Below, one piece after another: positions 53,658 through 64,000 of a stretch of DNA of 64,000 nt. The stretch is from Phallusia mammillata (Eukaryota): positions 27,094,001-27,158,000 of the forward strand of contig OZ281496.1 in assembly GCA_965637545.1 (NCBI GenBank). The letters run 5' to 3'. The first letter of the stretch is position 1. Each line of letters opens with the position of its first letter. A program made the translations under genes and the position numbers. The notes below the pieces were generated by a model. The model worked only from the letters and a program-made list of their open reading frames with translations, searched no databases and had not been told where the DNA came from.

Positions 53658-55787
53658 GGTATTTGCTGCAAGCTGTTTTAAAATGTAAGCACTTGACACT
53701 GCTGCCGTTCCTGTTTTATAGTGTTGCGTTGTTGGTATTTATTGTTAGGTGGTCATGGCCACGTCGTTAAAATGCTTGTAAAGTGTCCTGCAGTCGTAAT
53801 TGTTTAAATAGCCAGGTCATACAACACCGGATTAAAGTCGTCTTAAACCCTACAGGAACTTCACCTATGACACTTCTACAAAAACATGCTGGGCTGTTTA
53901 AAGGACATAAAAACGAAAAAATGTTTAAATCTTTGCTGATTTTTCCTTACATGTCGTCGTAGTAAATGCTTTTTAACCAAATGTTTCCAATACGTTTCGA
54001 GAATGGTATTTGACAAAAAAGGTACAAGAATATTGCATGTCACTTTTCAAATTACAACATTTACTTCAAACGTTTTTGCTAAATGCAAGCAACAAATGTG
54101 GGGGCGTGTGGAACTTAGGTTTTTATTTGCTCAGCTGTTGTAATGTATAAGTTTATGGCACTTCATCACCTAACATGCGCTGTACATGGCTTCAAATGTC
54201 ATTTAACACTTGTTATGCATCTACAATGCAACCTGCCCCTAGTTCCACTTTACAAGTATTGTAAAGAGTACCGGGAAACACTGACGACCTGATAATTGTC
54301 AGATAATTGATGCTTCTATTGCCGACGTGCTATCAATCTTACTCTGTATTGTTCCGTTTTGACATCACCTTAGCAATTGACACGTCGTGGTAATGTCAAA
54401 TTTTACAAGGTGGAAACAGTTGTAGTTTCTCTGTAATGCGCCTGAACCTCGCCATCGTGCAGTATGGGTAATCTGAGTTGGTATTTTTTTCTTCTTTTTG
54501 TACACTATGCGAAAACATTTTTGTGTCCCACTATATTTTGAAATTGCATTTAACTGAACAAACGACAAAAAACTCTATACCGAATAGAATATAATGATCT
54601 TAGGAATGAATTTTTGTTTGTAATATCCTTACGAATGACTTAATGTTCTATGAGTTACCGTATTCAAAAATACCACAGCATCAAAACCCGTGACTAACCG
54701 AACGCATGTGGATCATAGTAACCAAAACCTACACAATAACCTCACCGAACAAAAATATACAGGAATACTACGTGCGAAAACTCACTAGTCGAAAACAATA
54801 ATCTCAATTTTTTTATTACCAGAGCCGACTTTAAAACATCAAGGAAAAAAACGATGCGATAGAAAAACATCTTTGATATCAGTAACAACGATGGTTCAGA
54901 TATAACGAATTTTTAAATGTATTTTACATAAACGTTAGAATCCAGCTCCCAACATGAAAGGTTGAAATTGTCTTCTTTGAATGCTAATGTTACACTCCAA
55001 TTTATTTCTTGTCATGTTCGTGCAAGACGTGAACGCATGGGTTTTGGCAGTAGTGGCTTTGTAGATCTTCAAGCCATTTAGAAGGAAACTCGTCAAAGTC
55101 TTGATCGAAACACACTTGCCGGCTAGAGAATTATTTCAAAAACTTCACGAGTTGGTTGAATGTATCAAAAATTAAAGAAGTATGCCGATTTTGAATTTAT
55201 AATCATAACAATATTATTTGTACAAACAAGCATTTGCCTAACACTGCACCAGACACCAAGCGACGAAGTCCATTTTCAGTTCCGCTTTCTGTGTACTTTT
55301 GTTTCTATCTAGTTCCTATAATAATGAATGCCTTGCATTTGGCTGTGCTAGCCCATAAGTGCAAGAGGGGACACAGTAATAGAAAGAAAGTCAGTGTTTG
55401 TTTAACGCATCAAGCTCGAATGTTTGATCCATCGAACAATGTCTGTCGTATTTACGTATCTGATGTTGTTTCCGTAATCTCTGCTGTTTTACTGTTTTTG
55501 AGCTAACAGAATGGTGCACATGGTCCGTGTTTTTTTTACATGGTATGTGATTTAGGTTATAGGCAGCACAATTGTACTGTGTATAATTTAACCATAGGCT
55601 TATTAGGCTTTATGATATCACAATCCACTCAGATAGGCTATATGATATCAAATCCCTTATATAACATTTTCTATCGGCACTCAAAGTGCTAGCTACTATT
55701 GTTACTGTGTTGATAGAGATCAAGTCACAAAAGTTTTTCGAAAGAAATAACCTACACATTTTAAAGTTATCATTTGTCCGTTATAAC

Positions 55788-55917
55788 CAATGTGGGGATT
55801 CAATTTTTTTCTCAGCCGGTTCTATCACAAAATTCACTGTTTTCAACCGGTTCTGTTACAAAATGTCCATTGAGGGTAACCAGTAATCTATAATCTATGA
55901 ACCGACTCCCACTACTG
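55788..55917. mobile_element. hAT-type MITE (2576/24448 family)
   Basis: Perfect TSD gttataac. The internal gccggttctatcacaaaa...ccggttctgttacaaaa is shared with the 24448 element. Confidence 0.85.
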
Positions 55918-56346
55918 GTTATAACCAAAAAGGTGGCTCCCCAAAAAATGTTTCTTGATTCAAAGTGACGTATGGTGCGAAAAGACTTAAAGTGAAGATA
56001 AATCACATTTGCTTTTGTTTGGCGAAGGAGTGCATCTGATGATGCGCGCATGTAGTAGAATTTCTTCTGTATTTGCGGCCGTGCAGTCTGATAACACCTC
56101 TGATTTTGATTGTAATGTAGCCTACATGGCAGGAAAACAGATCAAATACTGAAAAACAGCCTACAGATTTTATTTTAAGTAAAAGCATTTTTTAGATGAC
56201 ACTGTAGGAATCAGTGTAGGTGGGACGTAAACAGCAACTGATCTAGTGGTAATCACAACTGTCCAAAGTCATAAATAAGGAACTTACAGCGACTTTAGAC
56301 TCGACCAAAACGACTAAAGTATTATGTCTACGGTAGAGGTGTAGAC

Positions 56347-56732
56347 CTGTGCTCTTCAACATTTTTTGGTTTGTTGTTGTGACGAAAAAGATAAACTGAG
56401 GGAAAAAGCGATATAAAACCTACACATGCATATCATCGTGTCAATTGGGCAGCCGCATTTTTTATCTAAAAACTTTTGGCGTAAATTAGCGTCAATCTGT
56501 ACTCTGTGCAAAACGTCTTTTGATGTAGATTTTGAATTTAAAAAAATGCAGATGTTCGTTTATACATTAGTTGAAACGTACATCTTATTTTCTAACATCC
56601 TAAAAGTCGAGCAATAATGGGTTCATCAAAAGTTTGTGATGCACGTTGTATAGCCTACCATTTCGTTCTGTGCACCCATGCATACTTTGGTGCACCCTAG
56701 GTTGCACCGTGCACACCGATTGAAGAGAACTG
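56347..56732. mobile_element. hAT-type MITE
   Basis: TIRs ctgtgctcttcaa / ttgaagagaactg with a perfect TSD gtgtagac. Confidence 0.85.
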
Positions 56733-57007
56733 GTGTAGACTACACGAGCCTGAGTTTGGGAGTGTCTACACTCTAGAGCCGAAGTTTGCCAGTTTGCCGG
56801 AGGCTTTACGTTTTATTAGATCAGCAGGAGCTACGGCAGGACTTCATTTTGCTTTCACTATTGTTTTGTTAAAAATAAAGATTTAGTTATATGGATAGTT
56901 GTGTTTTGCGGAGATACTAGTTTGATGACAATAACATTCGGGTGCTTTCCGTGGTGAATCGCGAATTTTTTCAGGAGCCGGATTGGATTCGGAGTCAGGC
57001 TCTACAT

Positions 57008-57790
57008 CAGGGGCGTGCAACTGTTTATCGCAGTGGGCCACAACTTACAGTTAAAATAAAGCTGGGGGCCAAACAATAAAGCAACACATACATTTTTAAA
57101 CAGCTTATATAATAGCAAAGCGCACACAATCAAGTTACTCTTTGAGTACTTTTCAATAAATGGAATATCTAACCCAGTGGTTCCCAACCTTTTGTACGCT
57201 GTGGCCCCCCTTAACAAATGTAAATGGCAAACTCGTGTAGGAATTCGATACTAATTTCGGCTTTAAACAGGTTGAATAGAGTAAACAAGAATCCATAATC
57301 ATGAAAAACCTCAATATAGACAAATAGTATGTAAAATAGTCGATTAAATTAGAAATAAAGTTAAAGTTATCAAAAAACAAAACGGCTTTTAGTAGGTGTT
57401 TCTGGTGAATCCACACCCGTGGCCCCCCTGGGGGCCAATGGGCCCTGGTTGGGAACCACTGTGCTAACCTTTTCGTAGAATAAATGTCAATATGTTTACT
57501 GCACCTACGTATAAATCATGTTACTGAATTATTGCTACAAAGGCAGTTCTGTCATAATGCACACTATGATGCAACAACGGGAATATGTCGTCACAGTAGA
57601 TAAAACCTTATCAAGGCGTGACGTTGTACAAAGTCGAAAATACCAGTGTTGATGTACATATAGCAACATTCCATGCCCTAACAGTAAAAAGTATTCATAA
57701 TTGATGGAGTACTTTGAAGTCTGCGCGGGCCACGAAAGTAGGTGCCGCGGGCCGGACACTGGCCCGCGGGCCGTATGTTGCACGCCTCTG
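57008..57790. mobile_element. hAT-type MITE carrying a nested MITE
   Basis: TIRs caggggcgtgcaac / gttgcacgcctctg with a perfect TSD ctctacat. Confidence 0.9.
57175..57461. mobile_element. Nested hAT-type MITE
   Basis: TIRs cagtggttcccaacc / ggttgggaaccactg with TSD atctaacc/tgctaacc. Confidence 0.8.
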
Positions 57791-58348
57791 CTCTACATTG
57801 TAGCCTACACCTCTGGTCTCCGACTCTCCGGTGCGTTGGACCATAGAATACCAAAATATAGTAACAGTCACGTGATCGTTAAGTTGGTTAGAAACTGTCT
57901 GTCACTGACATGTGCTAATTCTCGAAACTTCACGTCGGAATTTAGGTGGCGTTACGGACCGAAACTGGGAAACTGGAGTCCAGTTCAGTAGATTGCAGCG
58001 CGACTTCCCGCCACGCGACTATTCTGGCATAAACGTACTTTTTGTGACGTGATAAATCAAAATTTTAATTGTGGGGGTTTCGTTCCGTTCTTTAATCTGC
58101 ATGAAAATGATAGTTGTTGTGGCTTGTTTGTTGCCCATCAAATTTAAGGAAGTTAACTCCGAGTTGTGCTTTAATTGGCAGTTGGCAGAAAATACAGAAA
58201 TAATGTGTGTTGTGTATTTTAAGTGCTGGGTAAAAGATATATTGTCACTGTCAGGTCAGTCAATCTAGTGTTTTTTTATTAATAGTAACCAACTATTTTG
58301 ATTTACTTTGTCAGTAGAGAAGTTTGCTCTTGTCATGTAAACTTCAAC

Positions 58349-61300
58349 ATGTGTGTATCCCAATCCAAGTTGCGTGTTAAGAATATGCATATAGCTGGAC
58401 AGACCCTTCCAGTATATGTTAAAAATAACTTGAAGGTTCTCAAACTATTCAACAAAAACATACAAGTTTCTGGAAGTTCATTAAGCAAGCCAACAAGGAA
58501 AATTTCAAACAGCAACAACACCCAGTCCCTGTGGTCTTCAGAAAATGAGGGCCTTAACAGAAAGATTGACCTTCAAAATCTTCTTACAGTTGCTCATCAA
58601 CATTACAATGCCTCACAAGTTTTACTCGTGATGTACTTTTCATTGTCAACTTTGAGAACTTTGTCTCAAATTGTAATCTTGTACAGTCAAGTATTTTTGC
58701 CATTCCAATGCTACCTTTATTTGTTGTTGAACATTTTTCTCTGTAAGAGAAGCCAGAAGAAATGTGAAGAAAATTCTGTTGCAATTTTAAACACACAGTT
58801 GGATAAACTTTGCTTGTCAGAAATTTCTTTGTCTGTTTGTTGTGTTACAAAAGAACAATTAAACCTAATTTCAAAGAAAATATTGTCCACACTGGACAGT
58901 TTTTGTGACCATGAAAATGTTTTGCAAATACAAATGGCATCAAGCCTATCAAGGTATGTGAAGAATACTTACGATGTGGAATTTGGTTCCGTTAAAAAAA
59001 GTCAAAAAAAATTAAACACAATATGTTTATTGTTAAACCATAATGTCTGTCCTGATGACAGAATCAAAAGAACAAGTGCCAAATGTTTTGAGCTGGAAAT
59101 GGAAATGCCAAAAGATACCAAACAGCAATATCTAATATTACTGACTATTAGCCATAGGTGTGAAGAATTTGAATGTTCTTGTTTTGAGACGACCCTTGTG
59201 GAGAGAAATATTTTTGTATTGAGACAATTGCTACATGAAATAGAAAAAACTGCAGGATGGTGGGATGATTTGAATTTTCCAAATAAACGAACTAAAACTT
59301 CAAATAAAAGTAAAATACACTTTGATCCTGAAAGCAATGTAAGAGTTACAAGTGGTAAATCACAGGATAACAACACTTCAGATAAACTCTTGAGTCCACC
59401 AAATGAAGGTAGGTCCCTCATATGGTAACTGATACTTAAGATGGTCAAACAGTTTGTTGAATTTAAAAGTCTATATTGCACATTAAGGTATAAAACCAAA
59501 TTAGAAGATGTAAAATGTAATATTCTTACACAATATATATGTGGTAAGGATTGAAGAAACTCTAATAATGATTAAAGAAGTGAATAAATAAAAACTATTA
59601 ATGTCATTTACTTTTTATAGATGTCCGAAGAGAAATATTTCGCATGTCAACTTTTGCGAGGCTGCCACAGACGATTCGCATCAACGCACAACAATACGCA
59701 AAAGCTGGGTTTTACTATTTAGGTGTTTCTGACAAGGTTCAATGTTTCGCATGTGATAATATAATGGAAAACTTAACACCTCAAATGGACCCTTTTTTGC
59801 TTCGAATGCACAGGTTAGATTGGTGTTTTTTTTTTACTTTTTCACCATGACCCCTATGAAAAAACCAAAAAAATTTGGGGACCCACCATTGATTGTAGTG
59901 TGAAAAATCACATCATTTAAACCAACTTTGTGGTTGTTTTGGGGTGCACCATTTAAGAAACATTACTCTGGGCACAAAGTTTCTAATGCCTCCCAGTTGA
60001 AAAAGCTCTATGTTTGTAAGGACATTGGATATTTGACTTTTGGTTTCGAAGTCTGATAAAAAATCTCTCCATCCCTACACTGTAAAGAGTTTGTCTCCTT
60101 GTGAAACTTCCAATTAAAAAACCTCCATGTAAATTGGTTTTGGGCAATGTTTACCTGACCTGATTTGAATATTGGACAAGATTTGCTACAAGTTGTATGC
60201 CTTAACCAAACATTGTGCAATTGGTGGTAACGAATTTACATGCAGCTTTTCAGTGTTTTATGTATCATTTAAACTAAATACAACCCCTATGCAAATGAAA
60301 GCCAAATAGGCTCAATTCTTTGGATCTGCCTGAAAAACAGATTACCAATTTTGTAGTATTCGGATGCAATACCTTTTGCAAAAAGCCAAGAAATGTAAAC
60401 AAATACATATATACCTGAACAGTATTGACATGGTGTACTTTTCAGTTTCCTTACTAATGGGTTAGAATTTGACAGTGTTAGGTACTCTTTTCACAGAATA
60501 GCATACAATAAATATATAACAATGCAACTAAATTGTTTAAGGCATCTGTCCACATTACGTTTTAGTAATAGTAAAATATTTGCAGATCAACATGTAAGTT
60601 CACAAGAAAAGAAGACAGTTGTGGAAACATCCCACTCCATCCTGAAGCTGATTCAGTAAGTTTCTACACACACACATATATATACATTTTTAATATAATT
60701 ATTTTGATTTTTGATTCCCTTTTTACAACTTATATTTATTTTATAGTTTAGACGTCAACCCAGTGCTGGTGACATTTTAATGAACAGGAATCAAGCCAGT
60801 GCTCCACCTACACTTTTATCGAATGAAAACCTTAGTCGACCAGCTGTGTAAGTGACGCATTGGACTAATGCATAATTTAGTGAAGGTTCTTACGATTATT
60901 CTTGTCCTATGGATTTTGTGTCATCTAGTCAGCATACGCTGTGATATCAAGCTTTAACATGCAGTATTTAGTACCACCCACCAGTAAGAGGTGCCAGCAA
61001 GTTTTATATTTTTTTCAGTGCTCCACCTTCTGCAATTCAAACTGCAACTGTGGTCAATACATCCAATGCCCCAGCCCCTATTCCACCACCTGTACATAGC
61101 GTCCCACTCATGCGACACATGGCAAATATAATCGATCCGGATCATGAAAGATTTCTTCGTCAGCTTGACCTCTGTCAGGAGGTTGAAAGAGTTCGGTCCT
61201 TTACTGCAGCTTGGCCGAGGGACACTTTACCATCACCTCGAAGGATGGCAAGTGCAGGCTGGTTTTATTTAGGCAACCTTGACCGCACACAATGCTTTAG

Positions 61301-62265
61301 TTGTGGTGGCGTGTTGCGCAACTGGACACTCATGGACAACCCTGCAGTTGAACATCTTTCTCATTTTCCCAGTTGTGCAATGGCTCAAGGATGTGAACCC
61401 CGGAATGTACCAGAAGTTTCTGAGGTTAGGAAAAATTTAATTTTGCTGGTTTTGGAGGATCTGTATTTGCTCCAGTACAAAAGTAGACATGAGTGAGGAC
61501 ATTTTATTGACTCATTGTTCTGACCTAATCACTTCTTACAAGCAAAGGAAACCAGATTTTGCCAATAAAACATGAGTAATAGTAAGAAAATGTTGTTTCA
61601 GCCACCTTTACCACCAGTAAGCACCAGAGCATTAACAGCGGAGGAAAGAATCGGCCTTCAAGAAATGTTTCCGTGTGAATTCCCATCAACACCGCACATG
61701 GCACAAATTGACAACAGACTCGCAACATTTGTAAATTGGTTATATACACGAGCAACCCCACGAATGATCGCAGAGGCGGGCTTTTTTTCTCTAGGTTTGT
61801 CATGCAATATTTAAACTTAAATGCTACTAAGATAGGTATTAAAACTTTCTCCTTATTTACAAATTTACAATACTTTTTGGTAAACTACAGGTGTGCGTGA
61901 CCGCGTTAAGTGCTTTTACTGTAACGGCGGTTTGCAAAATTGGAGAAGAAATGATGACGCATGGGAACAACATGCGAAATGGTACCCGACATGCGAGTAT
62001 GTCCTGCAAAATAAAGGAGTAGAGTATGTACATTCTGTAGTGGCCCGATACCCAGATATTGATAGGCCAGTTCCTAGATCACAAGGTCTTGATGTTGCTC
62101 CAAGGTATGTATATATTGTGTTTTGCTGTTCAAAGATGTTTCTATTATCATTTTTCGGACTTAGAGCTACGGTAAATCCTCCTGTTCAAACACAAGAGGT
62201 TAGACAGCCAAGCAGAAGTGTTTTAGAAGAAGCTATGGATTCTGAAGTTGCCTCGGCCATTGTTG
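58349..62265 (+). CDS. Inhibitor of apoptosis (IAP/BIRC family) protein, 3 BIR domains, long N-terminal exon; 3' end beyond the window
   Basis: Exons 58349-59408, 59621-~59813 (BIR1: RMSTF...AGFYY...VQCFAC), 60586-60656, ~60748-60847, ~61019-61423 (BIR2: RVRSF...AGWFY...TQCFSC...EHLSHFPSC), ~61602-61795 and 61891-~62104 (BIR3: RLATF...AGFF...VKCFYC...QHAKWYPTC), ~62166-62265. UBA/RING exons were not seen. Confidence 0.9.
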
Positions 62266-64000
62266 GTAAGGTTTTATGCTCTTATGTGGTTAAGCAACAT
62301 TTTATTGCATAAGTTTGGTTTTTTAAATTAACGATTTTTAGGAATGCATGGAAGAAAGTTGTAAAACATTAAACAATGTTTTTGAAACTAAAGTGTTATT
62401 GTGTGAAGGTGGTAGTTAAAAGTCACTTTATTCATTAAGAAAAAAAGATGGTCATTATCACAACATACTACCTGTAATAATAGGGGAGTTTCCCATTGGG
62501 AAATTTCTGTGAGGTCAAGTAAGAAAAAAAAAAGTTTGAGGAATTGTTACTTCGTTTAGGATGATTGATTATGATCACAGTAAATTCGTAGAAAAGAGTT
62601 GTTTTTGTCGTCGGTATTGCGCCTTTATAAAAACAAGAAAGGGGTACTCGTGACGTGATTTTAGTTTCATTGAGAGGGTATACTGAAACCCGATCTGCGT
62701 AAAGTACTTTGAACTGCACCTCATTTGTCATGCTCTGTGGGGCAACACGTTTCGGAAAACAAATCTGATTTTTTTCGATTGTTTGTCCTGACACAAAAGT
62801 AAAGGTCACAAACCCTTTGCGACTTCCCTTACACCGCTTACAGCTAAGGTTTTTGGCATAGCAAAGTTCTATACATGTAGTTTCACTTGCTTTTAACGAA
62901 ACCACGCATGGTCTGATGCATCATGAGATAAAAATTTCACATAGTTGCGAAAGTTGCGCTTTGATCGATGATCTGTGAAGTATGTTTGAAATCTTTAAAA
63001 AATTACCAGTCAAGAATTGTTTGGCGTGGTGACTCATGACCAAAAAAGTTCGAAACACGTGGGTGTTGTGGGTGAACCACGTTATTCTTTTTTCTATGCC
63101 TTTTCTTAAAATTGGGCGTAAAATTACATGTAAAGGTTACGTACATAAATACATAATTCTTACCTTGACGCACGAAACATCACTTTTATGGTTTTAAACA
63201 CACACCCTGAATTGGCCAAAAATTTTAGCAACAGTTCTGAGGAATTCTTACAGCCAACACACTCAATTGACATGGTATCAAAGTTGTTTACCCCAGGGTA
63301 TTTCCCCGGGTGTCCCTTCTGTCGCAATCTTGATTTTAAGAGGTCCAACAAAGCGGTCGTATGGGTGATTTACAACTGAATTGTATTTGCTTTGCCAACA
63401 AAGACTTTTAGTTAAGGTCATTGAAAAGAATTTGGCAATGTATGCTTTTTTTGTATTGCACCACAGACGGAAACGTTCCCCCTTTTTCACACGAACACGC
63501 GAAGTGGCAATTGTATTTTGATTTTCTATACGAGAAGTTGATAGAATTATTTTAACACTTGAATGCCGAAAATGCTTTAGCTTTCACACTCCATTGTTCA
63601 GACCAGGAATTTCAATTTGCTTTTGCCGTCTATTGTTATTGGATTTCCAGGAACCAATAACCGTCATAACATTCCGGTTTCGCTTTAAATATAAAACCTC
63701 GTAGTATAAATTCCGCTTTCGTTTTGCCATACAAGGAAACCACATGGAACCAACTCAATAATGCTATCTGGAAAACAGTTCTTTGAATTATCGCCATATG
63801 TTCAAACCATATTGTTATTTGACGTCCTTATAATGCCCGATCGTTAAACCTTGCGGATAAATCTAGAGTAGTGGTTTTTAACCTTGTCCTTGCTGCACCC
63901 CTTTCAAATCCCCCCCCCCCCCCCCCCCCTGAGTTGCGTTATTTTACCAGGCTTAAGGCATGTTATCAATATTTAACACCCCTTTGGGGTAGTGGCTGGA

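Noticed and set aside
59002-59499. 165-aa minus-strand ORF
   Set aside because: Antisense shadow of the IAP N-terminal exon.
62468-63500. Possible degenerate Penelope-like element (GIY-YIG-like CKRC...GQT) in the IAP intron
   Set aside because: The motif resemblance is weak and fragmented; it needs a tBLASTn/HMM search to support.
63910-63929. C20 homopolymer
   Set aside because: Simple repeat inside a probable MITE end; no further structure.

Overview
AT-rich, intron-containing animal genomic DNA. It is most likely an ascidian/tunicate, inferred from gene families, compact introns and hAT-type MITEs; this is not proven. Most ORF-track entries are exon fragments or chance ORFs, so genes were rebuilt by hand from splice sites and reading frames. 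From left to right: (1) a complete 6-exon AA15-type lytic polysaccharide monooxygenase gene (minus, 1308-3327) in what looks like a ~3.5 kb tandem duplication; (2) YME1L1 i-AAA protease (minus, 4984-10354); (3) a ~40 kb head-to-tail minus-strand array of nine paralogous genes (eight complete with 8 exons, one headless, plus a relic). These encode secreted ~380 aa proteins with the architecture signal peptide - Ly6/uPAR three-finger domain - sushi/CCP domain - vWA domain - His-rich tail. In all nine vWA domains the MIDAS DxSxS is replaced by HxK. Two intronless orphan 7TM receptor-like genes are interleaved and appear co-duplicated with the secreted genes. (4) A MITE-rich spacer; (5) an IAP gene (plus, from 58349) with three BIR domains and a large unexplained N-terminal exon, running off the right end. 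The Ly6-CCP-vWA array with its embedded 7TM genes is the best candidate for an undescribed system.
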